A stretch of DNA of 64,000 nt from an uncultured Candidatus Saccharibacteria bacterium (GCA_964369115.1 CAYJED010000005.1:2237-66236), one strand, 5' to 3'. Positions 46,164-56,492 are shown, numbered from the stretch's first letter. Translations and numbers: made by a program. Notes: a model not told the origin generated them from the sequence alone.

Positions 46164-46373
46164 TTATTTTTTTTCGAGAATTCTCGGGCAGCTGGTGCCA
46201 ATCGCCAGGTGATGCTTGCCGTCTCCGAAGTCTACTTCTGCCGGCTCAGCAAGAGGAGTCGGTGCTTGTTGTTGTATGAGTTCGCAGGGGATGCCTGCCG
46301 ACCAGTCACCAAGAGCTTTTTGTACTCCACGATGAAGTGGTGCCCCTGGACCGTGATGCGCTGTTTCAGTCAT
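46164..46373 (-). CDS. Small His-rich protein (hypothetical; GC-rich)
   Basis: 69-aa ORF from a Met preceded by gaGAAGGtttgctcATG, MTETAHHGPGAPLHRGV...DFGDGKHHLAIGTSCP. A terminator ccgcccagttgggcgg + U-run lies downstream on the minus strand. GC is ~55%. Confidence 0.3.
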   Translation of the reverse strand: MTETAHHGPGAPLHRGVQKALGDWSAGIPCELIQQQAPTPLAEPAEVDFGDGKHHLAIGTSCPRILEKK

Positions 46374-46606
46374 GAGCAAACCTTCTCTTTCTTGTTTCAT
46401 CCCTTCAACTATTTGAGGGGATCTTTTTATTATGAGATTTTATTTTTATTTTGTCAAAATATAAAAAAGTTACATAGGCCTTGCCTGTGTAACTTTTTTA
46501 TTCACTTGTTTTTTATAAACAAAGTGCGCCTCCTTGGACCAGAAACCTATGGACCTGTTCGTGTACTAAGGCAAGATTTCTACAGTTAACCAAAAAATAC
46601 TCTGAG

Positions 46607-46679
46607 TGCGCCTACCTGGACTCGAACCAGGGACCAGTCGTGTATAAGACGACGGCTCTACCAACTGAGCTATAGGCGC
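46607..46679 (-). tRNA. tRNA with anticodon UAU (Ile; decodes AUA)
   Basis: The minus strand GCGCCTA-TA-GCTC-AGTTGGTA-GAGC-C-GTCGT-CTTATAC-ACGAC-TGGTC-CCTGG-TTCGAGT-CCAGG-TAGGCGC-A gives a perfect 7-bp acceptor, U8, a GG in the D-loop, a TTCGAGT T-loop, U33, anticodon T34A35T36, and A37. CCA is not encoded. Confidence 0.7.
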
Positions 46680-46766
46680 ACTCAAAATATTTAGTAGCTA
46701 CACTATATCAAAAAAAGTCTTTATTTTCTAGTTTTACAGGTGAAATGATTTTAGATGCTATGTATT

Positions 46767-46889
46767 TTACATTAACCCAATCAGTGCCCCTATAAGTTTA
46801 ACAACAAGAATGATAGCCGTAATTGTAAGTCCAACAATGAGAAATACCCCAAGTATAACTACGGCTATGGCAATTTTTAGGTACTTCAT
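46767..46889 (-). CDS. Small hydrophobic peptide (hypothetical)
   Basis: MKYLKIAIAVVILGVFLIVGLTITAIILVVKLIGALIGLM forms a single TM helix. Weak support. Confidence 0.15.
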   Translation of the reverse strand: MKYLKIAIAVVILGVFLIVGLTITAIILVVKLIGALIGLM

Positions 46890-47009
46890 AAGCGAACGTT
46901 TATCGCCTTGTAAAGCTTTGGTAAAAACTTTTCTTCCTATTGTGTTAATAAAAAAATGTTTAATCATGTGGTGGTGTTTATCAAAAAATAATTTTGTATG
47001 CAAGTTGCG

Positions 47010-49169
47010 CTACTCCATATGCACCCGTTCTTTTTCTTCAAGGGTTTTTTTAAGAAAAGGATGAAGGGAGAGGGTTGCGTCTTTTTCTATAAGGTCACGT
47101 GCTTCCTTTCTTGCAACTTCTACGAGTTTTGGATTTTTTATTGCTTCCATGGCAACGTCACTTAACCCCCACTGCTTTCCGTCAAAGAGTGTGCCGATTC
47201 CTCGCTCATTCATGTCTAATTCCGCAAGCTCAAAGCCATTTTTTGCCTTTACAAGGGCTTCTAGACGACGAGCTGTAGATTCTCCAGTGCTTTCTGTAAA
47301 AAGGAAACAGTGCGATTGGTAGTGAGACCTTCCAACACGTCCACGCAACTGATGAAGCTGGGCGAGTCCAAAACGGTCAGCGTGTTCAATGATAATTACG
47401 GTTGCATTCGGAACGTTTACCCCAACTTCTACTACAGATGTTGCAACAAGGATATCAGATTTTTTATCTAAGAAATCTTGCATCACCTCCTCCTTTTCTT
47501 GCTTCTTCATTTTACTGTGAAGAATATCGACAACATAATCTGGAAAGATGATATTCGCTAATCGTTCAGCTTCTTCTTTTACACTTTTAAGTATACGTTT
47601 CTGGCGCTCTTCCTCATCTTGCTCGTCAATGCGCGGACAGATGACGTACACTTGTCTACCGTCTTTAAGTTCATTTCGTATGTGTTCATATACTTTGTCA
47701 CGTCCGCTTGGTTGCACTATTTCGGTAATAATTTTTTTGCGTTCAAGTGGCATTTGATCTATGACGGTAAGATCTAGATCTCCGAACATAGTAAGAGCAA
47801 GGGTGCGTGGAATAGGTGTTGCGGTCATTGAAAGGAGGTGGGGGATTTTTGTGGTTTCAAGATTTTCAGAATGACGTCTTGTGAGTGCCGCACGCTGCTT
47901 CACACCAAAGCGATGTTGTTCATCGATGATAATGAGTGCAAGATTTTCAAATTCAACCGTGGATTGAATAAGTGCGTGTGTGCCAATAACAATAGACATC
48001 TTGCCTTCCTTAAGCCACTTCTTAAGTTGGGCTTTTGAAATGTCTGTTGCATTGTCTGCTGTTTTACTTGGATACTTTTTACATCCGCTACCAGTCAGTA
48101 GTCCTATTTCAAGATGAGAATCTTTAAAATACGTAATAAAGCTTTCAAAATGTTGTCGTGCAAGGATTTCCGTTGGAGCCATGTAAGCTACTTGAAGTGG
48201 TTTACCGTTGTCACTTTTTGTAGCTGTGACAGCGTGTGCGATTGTTGCTGCAACAAAGGTTTTACCACTCCCAACGTCACCTTCAAGAAGGCGACCCATG
48301 GGGGTGGTTTTTTGTATATCTGTAAGTATTGAGGTGATGGCTTCGTTTTGAGCTTCTGTTGGTGTAAAAGGGAACTGTTTAATAAAAGCCATAAGCTCTT
48401 TCTTTGAAAAAGAAATAGCATGAGCAAGAAGATGTTTTGCTTCATGTTTTTCTTTATGTTGCTTTACCTGCATATAAAATATTTCTTCAAAAGCAAAACG
48501 TTTTCGTGCAGCAACGGTAAGATCCTCTGTTTTTGGAAAATGAATATAAAGAAGCGCTTCTTTAAGTGAGGGAAGGGAGAGGCGTTTTAAGATATATTCT
48601 GGAATAGGATCAATAACTTGATCAAGGATCCCTCCTCCAATTATTTTTTTTATAAGTGTGTAAAGATAGAGAGAGCTTACTCCTTTTGTTTCTCTGTATA
48701 CGGGCGTCAAAAATTCTGGAGGGGTATTCCCTGCAAAGAGTGAATCTTGATGTTCTGGTAATTCAGTAAGTTTTTCAATAATAGGGTTTGATAAAAAGAA
48801 CCCACGAGAATCTTCTTGTACAATTCCATTTACTTTCACCTTAGTACCTTCAGGGTACATTTTTCCTATGTAAGCTTGATTAAACCAAATGACTCGAATG
48901 TTTCCTGTTGTATCTACGACACGCGCTTCCGTCATTGGTACATGCCCTTTGAAACTTCTTCTTACCGTTACTTTTTCCATAAGACCGTACAAGGTCACAG
49001 ATGCACCTTTAGTAAGTTCAGCAATATGAGACTCACTTCTTGAGTCAGCGTAACGACTTGGGAAATGGTAGAGAAGGTCTTCTAAGGTGTGTAAAGATAG
49101 ACGAAGAAGACCACTTGTATGGTCTTTGGTAAGGCGATTGACGGTAGTAATTGGCGAAGATAAGTTCAC
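47010..49169 (-). CDS. recG: ATP-dependent DNA helicase RecG
   Basis: N-terminal wedge/OB domain, helicase motif I GDVGSGKTFVA, motif II DEQHRFGV, and C-terminal helicase motifs (LHSKMKKQEKE, QLRGRVGR). Confidence 0.9.
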   Translation of the reverse strand: MNLSSPITTVNRLTKDHTSGLLRLSLHTLEDLLYHFPSRYADSRSESHIAELTKGASVTLYGLMEKVTVRRSFKGHVPMTEARVVDTTGNIRVIWFNQAYIGKMYPEGTKVKVNGIVQEDSRGFFLSNPIIEKLTELPEHQDSLFAGNTPPEFLTPVYRETKGVSSLYLYTLIKKIIGGGILDQVIDPIPEYILKRLSLPSLKEALLYIHFPKTEDLTVAARKRFAFEEIFYMQVKQHKEKHEAKHLLAHAISFSKKELMAFIKQFPFTPTEAQNEAITSILTDIQKTTPMGRLLEGDVGSGKTFVAATIAHAVTATKSDNGKPLQVAYMAPTEILARQHFESFITYFKDSHLEIGLLTGSGCKKYPSKTADNATDISKAQLKKWLKEGKMSIVIGTHALIQSTVEFENLALIIIDEQHRFGVKQRAALTRRHSENLETTKIPHLLSMTATPIPRTLALTMFGDLDLTVIDQMPLERKKIITEIVQPSGRDKVYEHIRNELKDGRQVYVICPRIDEQDEEERQKRILKSVKEEAERLANIIFPDYVVDILHSKMKKQEKEEVMQDFLDKKSDILVATSVVEVGVNVPNATVIIIEHADRFGLAQLHQLRGRVGRSHYQSHCFLFTESTGESTARRLEALVKAKNGFELAELDMNERGIGTLFDGKQWGLSDVAMEAIKNPKLVEVARKEARDLIEKDATLSLHPFLKKTLEEKERVHME

Positions 49170-49174
49170 AGAGT

Positions 49175-49576
49175 TTATCGAATAGAGCCTCTCTCTGGGC
49201 GGCTGTCGTATCTATCGGTTGGCCAAGTGTCTTCAACAACCTTCACCACTTCTTTATGATGTTTAAAAGCATTAAGTCTTTGTTCTATTTCTGTAAGTAA
49301 TTGGTTAGTTCTATCTAGGTTTTTTTGAGTTGAACCTTTTACTTTTTGTAGGGTGAATACTTTTGTAAAATCTCCAACCTTCTCTCCTTCCTCCATGTCT
49401 TTTGAAAGCGCTACAAGCATAGCCTCAAGAGACCTTTTCTCTTCTTCTTGTTTTCTTCTTTCTTCGATAAGATCTAGCTTACTCATTTTTTCGTAAGGAG
49501 AAGAAGTGTTTGGCAGTGTTTCAGGTGTTGTAAGAGGGGGTGTTTTTTCTAACATATGTAACGAAGTATATCGCAT
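49175..49576 (-). CDS. Hypothetical coiled-coil protein
   Basis: 133-aa ORF upstream of recG and rich in E/K heptads. No motif. Confidence 0.3.
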   Translation of the reverse strand: MRYTSLHMLEKTPPLTTPETLPNTSSPYEKMSKLDLIEERRKQEEEKRSLEAMLVALSKDMEEGEKVGDFTKVFTLQKVKGSTQKNLDRTNQLLTEIEQRLNAFKHHKEVVKVVEDTWPTDRYDSRPERGSIR

Positions 49577-49603
49577 TTTCAGTAAAGAAAAACACCCGCA
49601 AAA

Positions 49604-49957
49604 TTACTTGGGGTGTTCTTGGGGTTTTTGAACAAGGGTCGGAATTCCACCAGAAAGCGTATCGCCGGTTCGTGTTAGAAGGGTGAGCACCTCACACAAC
49701 ACTTCCTGACTATTGAGCAGTTCGCTGACCAGAAGAGATAGCTCAGCTTGTTTTTTTTCTGGAAGCATAGGAAGGATTTCCTCAATCCCTTGCCTCAGAG
49801 CTCTGATGCTCCCCAGTCCTTCGTTAAGGGTAACGTGTGCTTGTCCTGCTTGTTTCCAGACAGGATGCATACGCATTGCTTCGGGGAGAGGCGACGGTTC
49901 CATAAATACCTCTATAGTTAAAAGTGCTCTTAATGTAAACACTAACACTATTGACAA
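49604..49957 (-). CDS. Hypothetical protein
   Basis: 117-aa ORF with no recognisable motif. Confidence 0.25.
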   Translation of the reverse strand: MSIVLVFTLRALLTIEVFMEPSPLPEAMRMHPVWKQAGQAHVTLNEGLGSIRALRQGIEEILPMLPEKKQAELSLLVSELLNSQEVLCEVLTLLTRTGDTLSGGIPTLVQKPQEHPK

Positions 49958-49976
49958 AAATAGTCAAAAGTTGTTT

Positions 49977-50348
49977 TTATCTTATTTGTGGGCGGGCGTG
50001 GTATATGATGAGAGAAAGACTTACGAGAATAAGAATGAAAAGAAGCATGTTACTTCCCGTGTACGATTCCATTGAGAAGTTAATGTAGAGTTCTGTAGAA
50101 AGAATAATGAGCACAAATACAAGAGGGAGTACTGGTCGTGGCCAGATGAGTATCAAGATACCGAGAATGACAAAGAAGGAGTGCCATATAGTAAAAGTAA
50201 TAACTTCAGAAACCTGAATAGACTGATTAATACATTCAAAAAGGGCCATGTTGGCCTTTTTTGCTCCATTTAGAAGTGCTTGAGAGTGAGGATAGATGAA
50301 GTAGAGCGCTACCGCAAGACGAAGGAGAAATGGCCAAATGTTAAACAT
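49977..50348 (-). CDS. Small membrane protein (DoxX-like?)
   Basis: Four hydrophobic helices in 123 aa. The family assignment is tentative. Confidence 0.3.
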   Translation of the reverse strand: MFNIWPFLLRLAVALYFIYPHSQALLNGAKKANMALFECINQSIQVSEVITFTIWHSFFVILGILILIWPRPVLPLVFVLIILSTELYINFSMESYTGSNMLLFILILVSLSLIIYHARPQIR

Positions 50349-50424
50349 ATAAAAAGTATACCATCGCTAGAGAATAGATGATAGATTCAAAAAAGATGAA
50401 GGCTGAGCTGGTTATTTTACTGAA

Positions 50425-50472
50425 GTAAAAAGAGAAAAAATTGGGGGAGGCGACCTTCGGTCGCCTCCCCCA
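50425..50472 (-). terminator. Strong terminator downstream of the giant surface-protein gene
   Basis: 13-bp GC hairpin gggggaggcgacc-ttcg-gtcgcctccccc preceded on plus by an A-run, which is a U-run on minus. Confidence 0.6.
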
Positions 50473-50574
50473 ATAGACACACTAAAGATTTTCTGTACCA
50501 CAACAAGTACAAAAACATACGGAGTACCCAAAATTGGGCAGTCCGTATGTTTTGATACTTTTTATGTATGAAGG

Positions 50575-53500
50575 TTATCCTTCGTTACTTGTACTTACGT
50601 TAACTCGTTTTGTTTCTTTTGTTCCTGTTTGGCACGCTGCTGTAAATTCTGTTGTGTAACGAATTTGTCGTACTGTTTTCTTTCCAAGGGCTTTGTAGTC
50701 AGTAGGGTTATCTGTCGGACTGTGACCTGGAGCAAAATTACGAAGAGATGTGCGCAGATTTCTTTTTCCGTTCGGATCATTTCCGTCAGTTTCTTCTGCT
50801 GGACTGCTGAGGATATCATTGATTCCTTTCTCGTAGTCTTTTTGTTCTTGTGAACATGAATTATTTACACAGAGAACTTTTGCGCTAAGGGTACAAGTAT
50901 TATCGGGATACTGAATAGCCCACGTAAGTACTGTTTGACCTCCTTTTTCAATGGTTACAGGAGAAATGTTAAGTAATGCTTTTGGTGATTTTGGTACCAT
51001 ATCGAAATAAACTGACCATGGATCACTTTCGACATTTCCGTGCTTACAGATAATGGTATATGTCGCACTTGCATCAGGTGTAAAGTCTTGTGGCCCACTG
51101 TAGACAGTGTTATCTATTTCTAGTACACCGTTTTTTAGAATTTTCCATGCATTTGCACTAGAACAAATGAAGTTAATGTTTGGTGGAAATCCTGGGAATC
51201 CGTATTCTCCTGTTTTTACAACACCAGTAACTTCAGGGTCTACACATTTTCCTCCAACGCTGTCCCATTTTCCAGGTCCTGCAGTACAAGCAACTGATAC
51301 ATCTTCAGAATCAAGGGGTGGTTCGCCATTATTATAGAGGAATATTTTTACGGTAGATTTTGCAGCGGTGAGATTTATCGGCTGGTTAACTCCACTGTTA
51401 GCTGTATAGACGATGGTGCCATTTGGACTATTATGCGTAATTTGAGATGTTCCTATTGGATCTTGTGTAGACCATGTAGCACGCACCTGACAAGTGCTAT
51501 CTCCTGTTGCGATGCTGCATGACAGTGGTGCAACAGAAAGTGATCCCGTAGGTAGGGTACATGCAGGCTTAGTGACAGATCCGTTGTTACAGTTTCCACC
51601 TGCACATCCTCCATTACCACAAACTACACAACTACCAGCATCCATAACACGATCTGCTGGACAGATATCACATGTTGGTGGATTCGTAGCACCGTTAGCA
51701 CAGGATGGAGGGGTACATACAGGAGGGTTTGCTCCACCGTTATTACAACTTCCGTCTGTACATCCTCCATTTAGACACACTACACAACTACCAGCATCCA
51801 TAACACGATCTGCTGGACAGATATCACATGTTGGTGGATTCGTAGCACCGTTAGCACAAGCATTAGGCTCACAACTGTCTCCATCCCATGATGTACCATT
51901 TGCACAACTTGCTGTAGTGTTTGTTGTGTCAAGAATTGTTCCTCCAACAAGAACTCCAGCATTGTTTACACCTCCATACTGAACACGATAACACCCACCT
52001 GTGTAGCCACTAAACACAGAAGCACTTTGGTCTCCTGTAAGATATGAACCATAGATGCCATTACTACAGTCAGTGAGAATAACAGGGGTTATATTTGCAG
52101 AAGTCCATGTAAGAGTTGGATTACAAGAAGAATTACCAGAGGATACTGTACAAGAAAATGGTTCGTTAGTGAATGATGCTGTTGGTCCTGCATTAGGCGC
52201 GCAATTATCTCCATCCCACGATGTTCCGTTTGCACAGCTAGTTGTAATCACTTTAGTCGCAAGCTCTACGGTGTTGTTGTACAAATAGTAGGTGATTCCA
52301 CTTCCACTGTAAGGAACAGCTACACTGTAGTTATTTTCACTGTCGTCATTGATTTTAACATTAACATTTCCTGTTCTTGTTACAGAGCTTCCTCCAGCAT
52401 TTTGAGGGTAACTAACGCTCCATGATAGTGACACATTACAGGTGCTGTTTCCTGAACTGATAACACAAGAGTTAGCAGAAGAGGTGAGAGTTCCTGACAT
52501 AAGTCGACATCTGTTATCTGTGTGCACATGTCTTCCTGTGTTACATTGTCCAGTAACGTCAATAGTTTTAAGAGTTACCCCATTGTTTTTTAATGAATGT
52601 CTAGATGGTGAAAGGTAACCAAAAGCTGAAACGCTTTTTGTGTCCTCATGTTGTGGACTATAGATTACAGCACTGTCAGAATCTCGTACAATTTGTGTTG
52701 TTGCACTTTCTGGGTTTGTAACTTTCCAATACAAGGTGACAGCACAGTTGGTTGCGTCATCAGCAATGGTACACGTTGTACCACTAGGTGCTGTAAGAGT
52801 TCCAGTCATAGTGCCAGGACATGTAGGGTAGTTCGCATGTCCATTTTTACATGTTCCTGCACATTTCCATGCATTGTCTGCGCCAAATGCATCATAGTTT
52901 GTGTCAGTTGAAACATTACATCCCCATTTAGGAGCGGAACATGAAAGGCTTCCACATTTCCAATTCCAAGCAGCTGCTGTATCTGCTGCATCTGTGAATG
53001 TTCCACTAGAACACGCTACTCCTCCTGAAGGTTGTGCATCAGGATTTTGAATAGTTCCATTTCCTGTACCACATGAGTCAGCGGGTGCCGTTGTCGTAAA
53101 CGTCGCATCTGCTGAGAAGTAGTATGTTCCACCACTATCTCGTACAAATCCTCTGTAGTGGTATGTGGTATTTGCCAACATACTTCCACCGCGCGCATGA
53201 CTAAACACTCCTGTAGACACTCCTCCTGCATTAGTTGTTTCTGCCGAACAGTTAGTTAAAGGATCTACAACTGATCCCCAACAGGTACCACGTTCAGTTA
53301 TTGTTTTTGTTCCTGCTGATCTAAAGTTTGCTCCAAGTGTTGCTCCTGTTGAGGTGATGTTTGATGCAGTAGGGGTGTCGATGACGGGGTTTAAGGTACA
53401 TGCAGGCTTAATGGTAGAGCCGTTATTACAAACATGGTTTGTACATCCCGAACCTTGACAAGCTTCACAGGAGTCACCGTCCCATGCAGAGTTTGAAGCA

Positions 53501-56340
53501 CAGTCTGCTGTAACGTTAACTGTAGCAAGCTCTTTTGAATTGTTGTAAAGTCTGAAGATATGAGGTTTAGGGTATTGCGCACCTGGTATATCCAGTATAT
53601 AGCGAGCTTGAAGGGATTGACTGCCGTTATTGACAGAATTACTAGATGGCCCTCCGCCGTCACCTACAACTTGAGATACTCCACTTGTTGCATTTGTTGT
53701 TGTCCAAGTAAAGAGAGACCAACATGTGCTTGCTCCGTTTAATATAGTACAAGCTTCAGGAGAAGCTGAGAGAGTTCCTGACATGGCACTTGGTGCCGTT
53801 GTCGTAAACGTCGCATCTGCTGAGAAGTAGTATGTTCCACCACTATCTCGTACAAATCCTCTGTAGTGGTATGTGGTATTTGCCAACATACTTCCACCGC
53901 GCGCATGACTAAACACTCCTGTAGACACTCCTCCTGCATTAGTTGTTTCTGCCGAACAGTTAGTTAAAGGATCTACAACTGATCCCCAACAGGTACCACG
54001 TTCAGTTATTGTTTTTGTTCCTGCTGATCTAAAGTTTGCTCCAAGTGTTGCTCCTGTTGAGGTGATGTTTGATGCAGTAGGGGTGTCGATGACGGGGTTT
54101 AAGGTACATGCAGGCTTGATGGTAGAGCCGTTATTACAAACATGATTTGTACATCCTCCATTTTGACAAGCTTCACAGGAGTCACCGTCCCACACAGATC
54201 CTGAAGCACAGTCTGCGGTAACGTTAACTGTAGCAAGCTCTTTTGAATTGTTGTAAAGTCTGAAGGTGTGAGGGTTAGGGTATTGAGCGTTTGGTATATA
54301 GCGAGCTTGAAGGGATTGACTGCCGTTATTGACAGAATTACTAGATGGCCCTCCGCCGTCACCTACAACTTGAGATACTCCACTTGTTGCATTTGTTGTT
54401 GTCCAAGTAAAGAGAGACCAACATGTGCTTGCTCCGTTTAATATAGTACAAGCTTCAGGAGAAGCTGAGAGAGTTCCTGACATACCACCTGCCGCCGCTG
54501 TCGTAAACGTCGCATCTGCTGAGTAGTAGTATGTTCCACCACTGTCTCGTACAAACCCTCTATAGTGGTATGTGGTATTTGCCAACATACTTCCACGCGC
54601 ATGGCTAAATACTCCTGTTGCTGTACTTCCTTCTGCCACACAGTTACTTGAAGGATTTGCAAGTGATCCCCAACAGGTACCACGTTCAGTTATTGTTTTT
54701 GTTCCTGCTGATCTAAAGTTTGCTCCAAGTGTTGCTCCTGTTGAGGTGATGTTTGATGCAGTAGGGGTGTCGATGACGGGGTTTAAGGTACATGCAGGCT
54801 TGATGGTAGAGCCGTTATTACAAACATGATTTGTACATCCTCCATTTTGACAAGCTTCACAGGAGTCACCGTCCCACACAGATCCTGAAGCACAGTCTGC
54901 GGTAACGTTAACTGTAGCAAGCTCTTTTGAATTGTTGTAAAGTCTGAAGGTGTGAGGGTTAGGGTATTGAGCGTTTGGTATATAGCGAGCTTGAAGGGAT
55001 TGACTGCCGTTATTGACAGAATTACTAGATGGCCCTCCGCCGTCACCTACAACTTGAGATACTCCACTTGTTGCATTTGTTGTTGTCCAAGTAAAGAGAG
55101 ACCAACATGTGCTTGCTCCGTTTAATATAGTACAAGCTTCAGGAGAAGCTGAGAGAGTTCCTGACATACCACCTGCCGCCGCTGTCGTAAACGTCGCATC
55201 TGCTGAGTAGTAGTATGTTCCACCACTGTCTCGTACAAACCCTCTATAGTGGTATGTGGTATTTGCCAACATACTTCCACGCGCATGGCTAAATACTCCT
55301 GTTGCTGTACTTCCTTCTGCCACACAGTTACTTGAAGGATTTGCAAGTGATCCCCAACAGGTACCACGTTCAGTTATTGTTTTTGTTCCTGCTGATCTAA
55401 AGTTTGCTCCAAGTGTTGCTCCTGTTGAGGTGATGTTTGATGCAGTAGGGGTGTCGATGACGGGGTTTAAGGTACATGCAGGCTTAATGGTGGAGCCATT
55501 TGTACAACTCAGACTACCGTCAGGGTCACTGACACTTCCTCCTGTACCTGTACATCCGCTATTACCACATGCAACACACCCTGACCCTGCTGTAAAGTAT
55601 TTCCCGTCGAGACAGCGAGTTACTGTTTCTTGAATAGAAGAAGTCGCACTCTTTGTGCCATTTTTTACAACGTAGTCTGTATTTCTAACACACCCCACAT
55701 CTCCTTCTTGGGCATTTGTGTTGCTATTTCCTGATGCGCTTGTGAATGTCCCAAACACTTTCCATGCAGTATCAGTGTTCCATGAGTTGTTTGCACAAGA
55801 TCCGGTGAGTCTATATCTGTCTGAGTACGTTGCGCCATTTGTAGAGCTCCATGTTTTTGTATTTGCGGTTCCTGCTGGATAGCTGATGGTAGAGACGTTG
55901 GTACCATATGAGCCGGCGGTTATTTTAAGTGAGGCAGTTGGGTCTGCAGCGACACATGCACTACCGTTCCAAGAAGGCCTTCCTAGTGAAAGTGAACCAC
56001 CACAGTCTTCTACAGTAAGAGTATCCGATCCAGTTACTGAATCGCGTGTACACGTAAAACTAAAAGTATCAACTGTTTTAATACTAGCAAAAGTGGCACT
56101 ACCGTTTCCGGCTCGACGGCTTCCGTTCCACTGTACACCGTTTTGGTCTATAATATCATTTGGATTGCCGGTATACGTACTATTTGCATCACAGTCAGTT
56201 GCATTTAGAACAGACCAGTTGATGGTGGCATCTTTTCCTCTCTCTATCGTTTTAGCATAGGTGGTAGTTGTAGAAATAATGACTAAAAGTAAAGAAAAAA
56301 GAATACCGCGAATAATAAGTTTATAGCTATTGTATACCAT
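50575..56340 (-). CDS. Giant secreted/cell-surface protein (1921 aa), Cys/Thr/Ser/Gly/Asn-rich with internal tandem repeats
   Basis: N-terminal signal/anchor MVYNSYKLIIRGILFSLLLVIISTTTTYA. There are four ~228-aa repeats (NGSTIKPACTLNPVIDTPTASNITSTGATLGANFRSAGTKTITERGTCWGS...YHYRGFVRDSGGTYY...), a duplicated Cys-rich module (CANGATNPPTCDICPADRVMDAGSCVVC x2), and a conserved C-terminal ~130-aa domain shared with the 60711-62396 protein. Confidence 0.7.
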   Translation of the reverse strand: MVYNSYKLIIRGILFSLLLVIISTTTTYAKTIERGKDATINWSVLNATDCDANSTYTGNPNDIIDQNGVQWNGSRRAGNGSATFASIKTVDTFSFTCTRDSVTGSDTLTVEDCGGSLSLGRPSWNGSACVAADPTASLKITAGSYGTNVSTISYPAGTANTKTWSSTNGATYSDRYRLTGSCANNSWNTDTAWKVFGTFTSASGNSNTNAQEGDVGCVRNTDYVVKNGTKSATSSIQETVTRCLDGKYFTAGSGCVACGNSGCTGTGGSVSDPDGSLSCTNGSTIKPACTLNPVIDTPTASNITSTGATLGANFRSAGTKTITERGTCWGSLANPSSNCVAEGSTATGVFSHARGSMLANTTYHYRGFVRDSGGTYYYSADATFTTAAAGGMSGTLSASPEACTILNGASTCWSLFTWTTTNATSGVSQVVGDGGGPSSNSVNNGSQSLQARYIPNAQYPNPHTFRLYNNSKELATVNVTADCASGSVWDGDSCEACQNGGCTNHVCNNGSTIKPACTLNPVIDTPTASNITSTGATLGANFRSAGTKTITERGTCWGSLANPSSNCVAEGSTATGVFSHARGSMLANTTYHYRGFVRDSGGTYYYSADATFTTAAAGGMSGTLSASPEACTILNGASTCWSLFTWTTTNATSGVSQVVGDGGGPSSNSVNNGSQSLQARYIPNAQYPNPHTFRLYNNSKELATVNVTADCASGSVWDGDSCEACQNGGCTNHVCNNGSTIKPACTLNPVIDTPTASNITSTGATLGANFRSAGTKTITERGTCWGSVVDPLTNCSAETTNAGGVSTGVFSHARGGSMLANTTYHYRGFVRDSGGTYYFSADATFTTTAPSAMSGTLSASPEACTILNGASTCWSLFTWTTTNATSGVSQVVGDGGGPSSNSVNNGSQSLQARYILDIPGAQYPKPHIFRLYNNSKELATVNVTADCASNSAWDGDSCEACQGSGCTNHVCNNGSTIKPACTLNPVIDTPTASNITSTGATLGANFRSAGTKTITERGTCWGSVVDPLTNCSAETTNAGGVSTGVFSHARGGSMLANTTYHYRGFVRDSGGTYYFSADATFTTTAPADSCGTGNGTIQNPDAQPSGGVACSSGTFTDAADTAAAWNWKCGSLSCSAPKWGCNVSTDTNYDAFGADNAWKCAGTCKNGHANYPTCPGTMTGTLTAPSGTTCTIADDATNCAVTLYWKVTNPESATTQIVRDSDSAVIYSPQHEDTKSVSAFGYLSPSRHSLKNNGVTLKTIDVTGQCNTGRHVHTDNRCRLMSGTLTSSANSCVISSGNSTCNVSLSWSVSYPQNAGGSSVTRTGNVNVKINDDSENNYSVAVPYSGSGITYYLYNNTVELATKVITTSCANGTSWDGDNCAPNAGPTASFTNEPFSCTVSSGNSSCNPTLTWTSANITPVILTDCSNGIYGSYLTGDQSASVFSGYTGGCYRVQYGGVNNAGVLVGGTILDTTNTTASCANGTSWDGDSCEPNACANGATNPPTCDICPADRVMDAGSCVVCLNGGCTDGSCNNGGANPPVCTPPSCANGATNPPTCDICPADRVMDAGSCVVCGNGGCAGGNCNNGSVTKPACTLPTGSLSVAPLSCSIATGDSTCQVRATWSTQDPIGTSQITHNSPNGTIVYTANSGVNQPINLTAAKSTVKIFLYNNGEPPLDSEDVSVACTAGPGKWDSVGGKCVDPEVTGVVKTGEYGFPGFPPNINFICSSANAWKILKNGVLEIDNTVYSGPQDFTPDASATYTIICKHGNVESDPWSVYFDMVPKSPKALLNISPVTIEKGGQTVLTWAIQYPDNTCTLSAKVLCVNNSCSQEQKDYEKGINDILSSPAEETDGNDPNGKRNLRTSLRNFAPGHSPTDNPTDYKALGKKTVRQIRYTTEFTAACQTGTKETKRVNVSTSNEG
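52720..55494 (-). repeat. Four in-frame tandem repeats of ~684 nt inside the giant gene (two copies nucleotide-identical, two diverged)
   Basis: The ORF track shows identical translated sub-ORFs at a 684-nt offset (54099-54362 = 54783-55046, and 54438-54683 = 55122-55367). Diverged copies lie at 53391-53663 and 53739-53939. Confidence 0.8.
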
Positions 56341-56492
56341 ATATTTTAGTATATCTCCCTGTAACCTTCTTTACCTCTGGGCTATACACAGTAAAGAGAA
56401 TAAAAGAAGTAAATTAGTAGATTTGCGGCATGTGTTAGATTTAAGTTTTTCTTTATTGTATTTTTGGTATAGAATTAAGATAATAAAAGCAT

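Noticed and set aside
46209-46589. 126-aa plus-strand ORF
   Set aside because: Overlaps the better-supported minus-strand small gene and terminators. No RBS.
52648-55633. Many 60-125-aa plus-strand ORFs inside the giant minus-strand gene, plus short same-strand sub-ORFs
   Set aside because: They are antisense or in-frame fragments generated by the 684-nt tandem repeats of the giant surface-protein gene. Their duplicated identical translations reflect the repeat, not independent genes, and they are not a CRISPR array (the units are 684 nt, coding, with no spacer structure).
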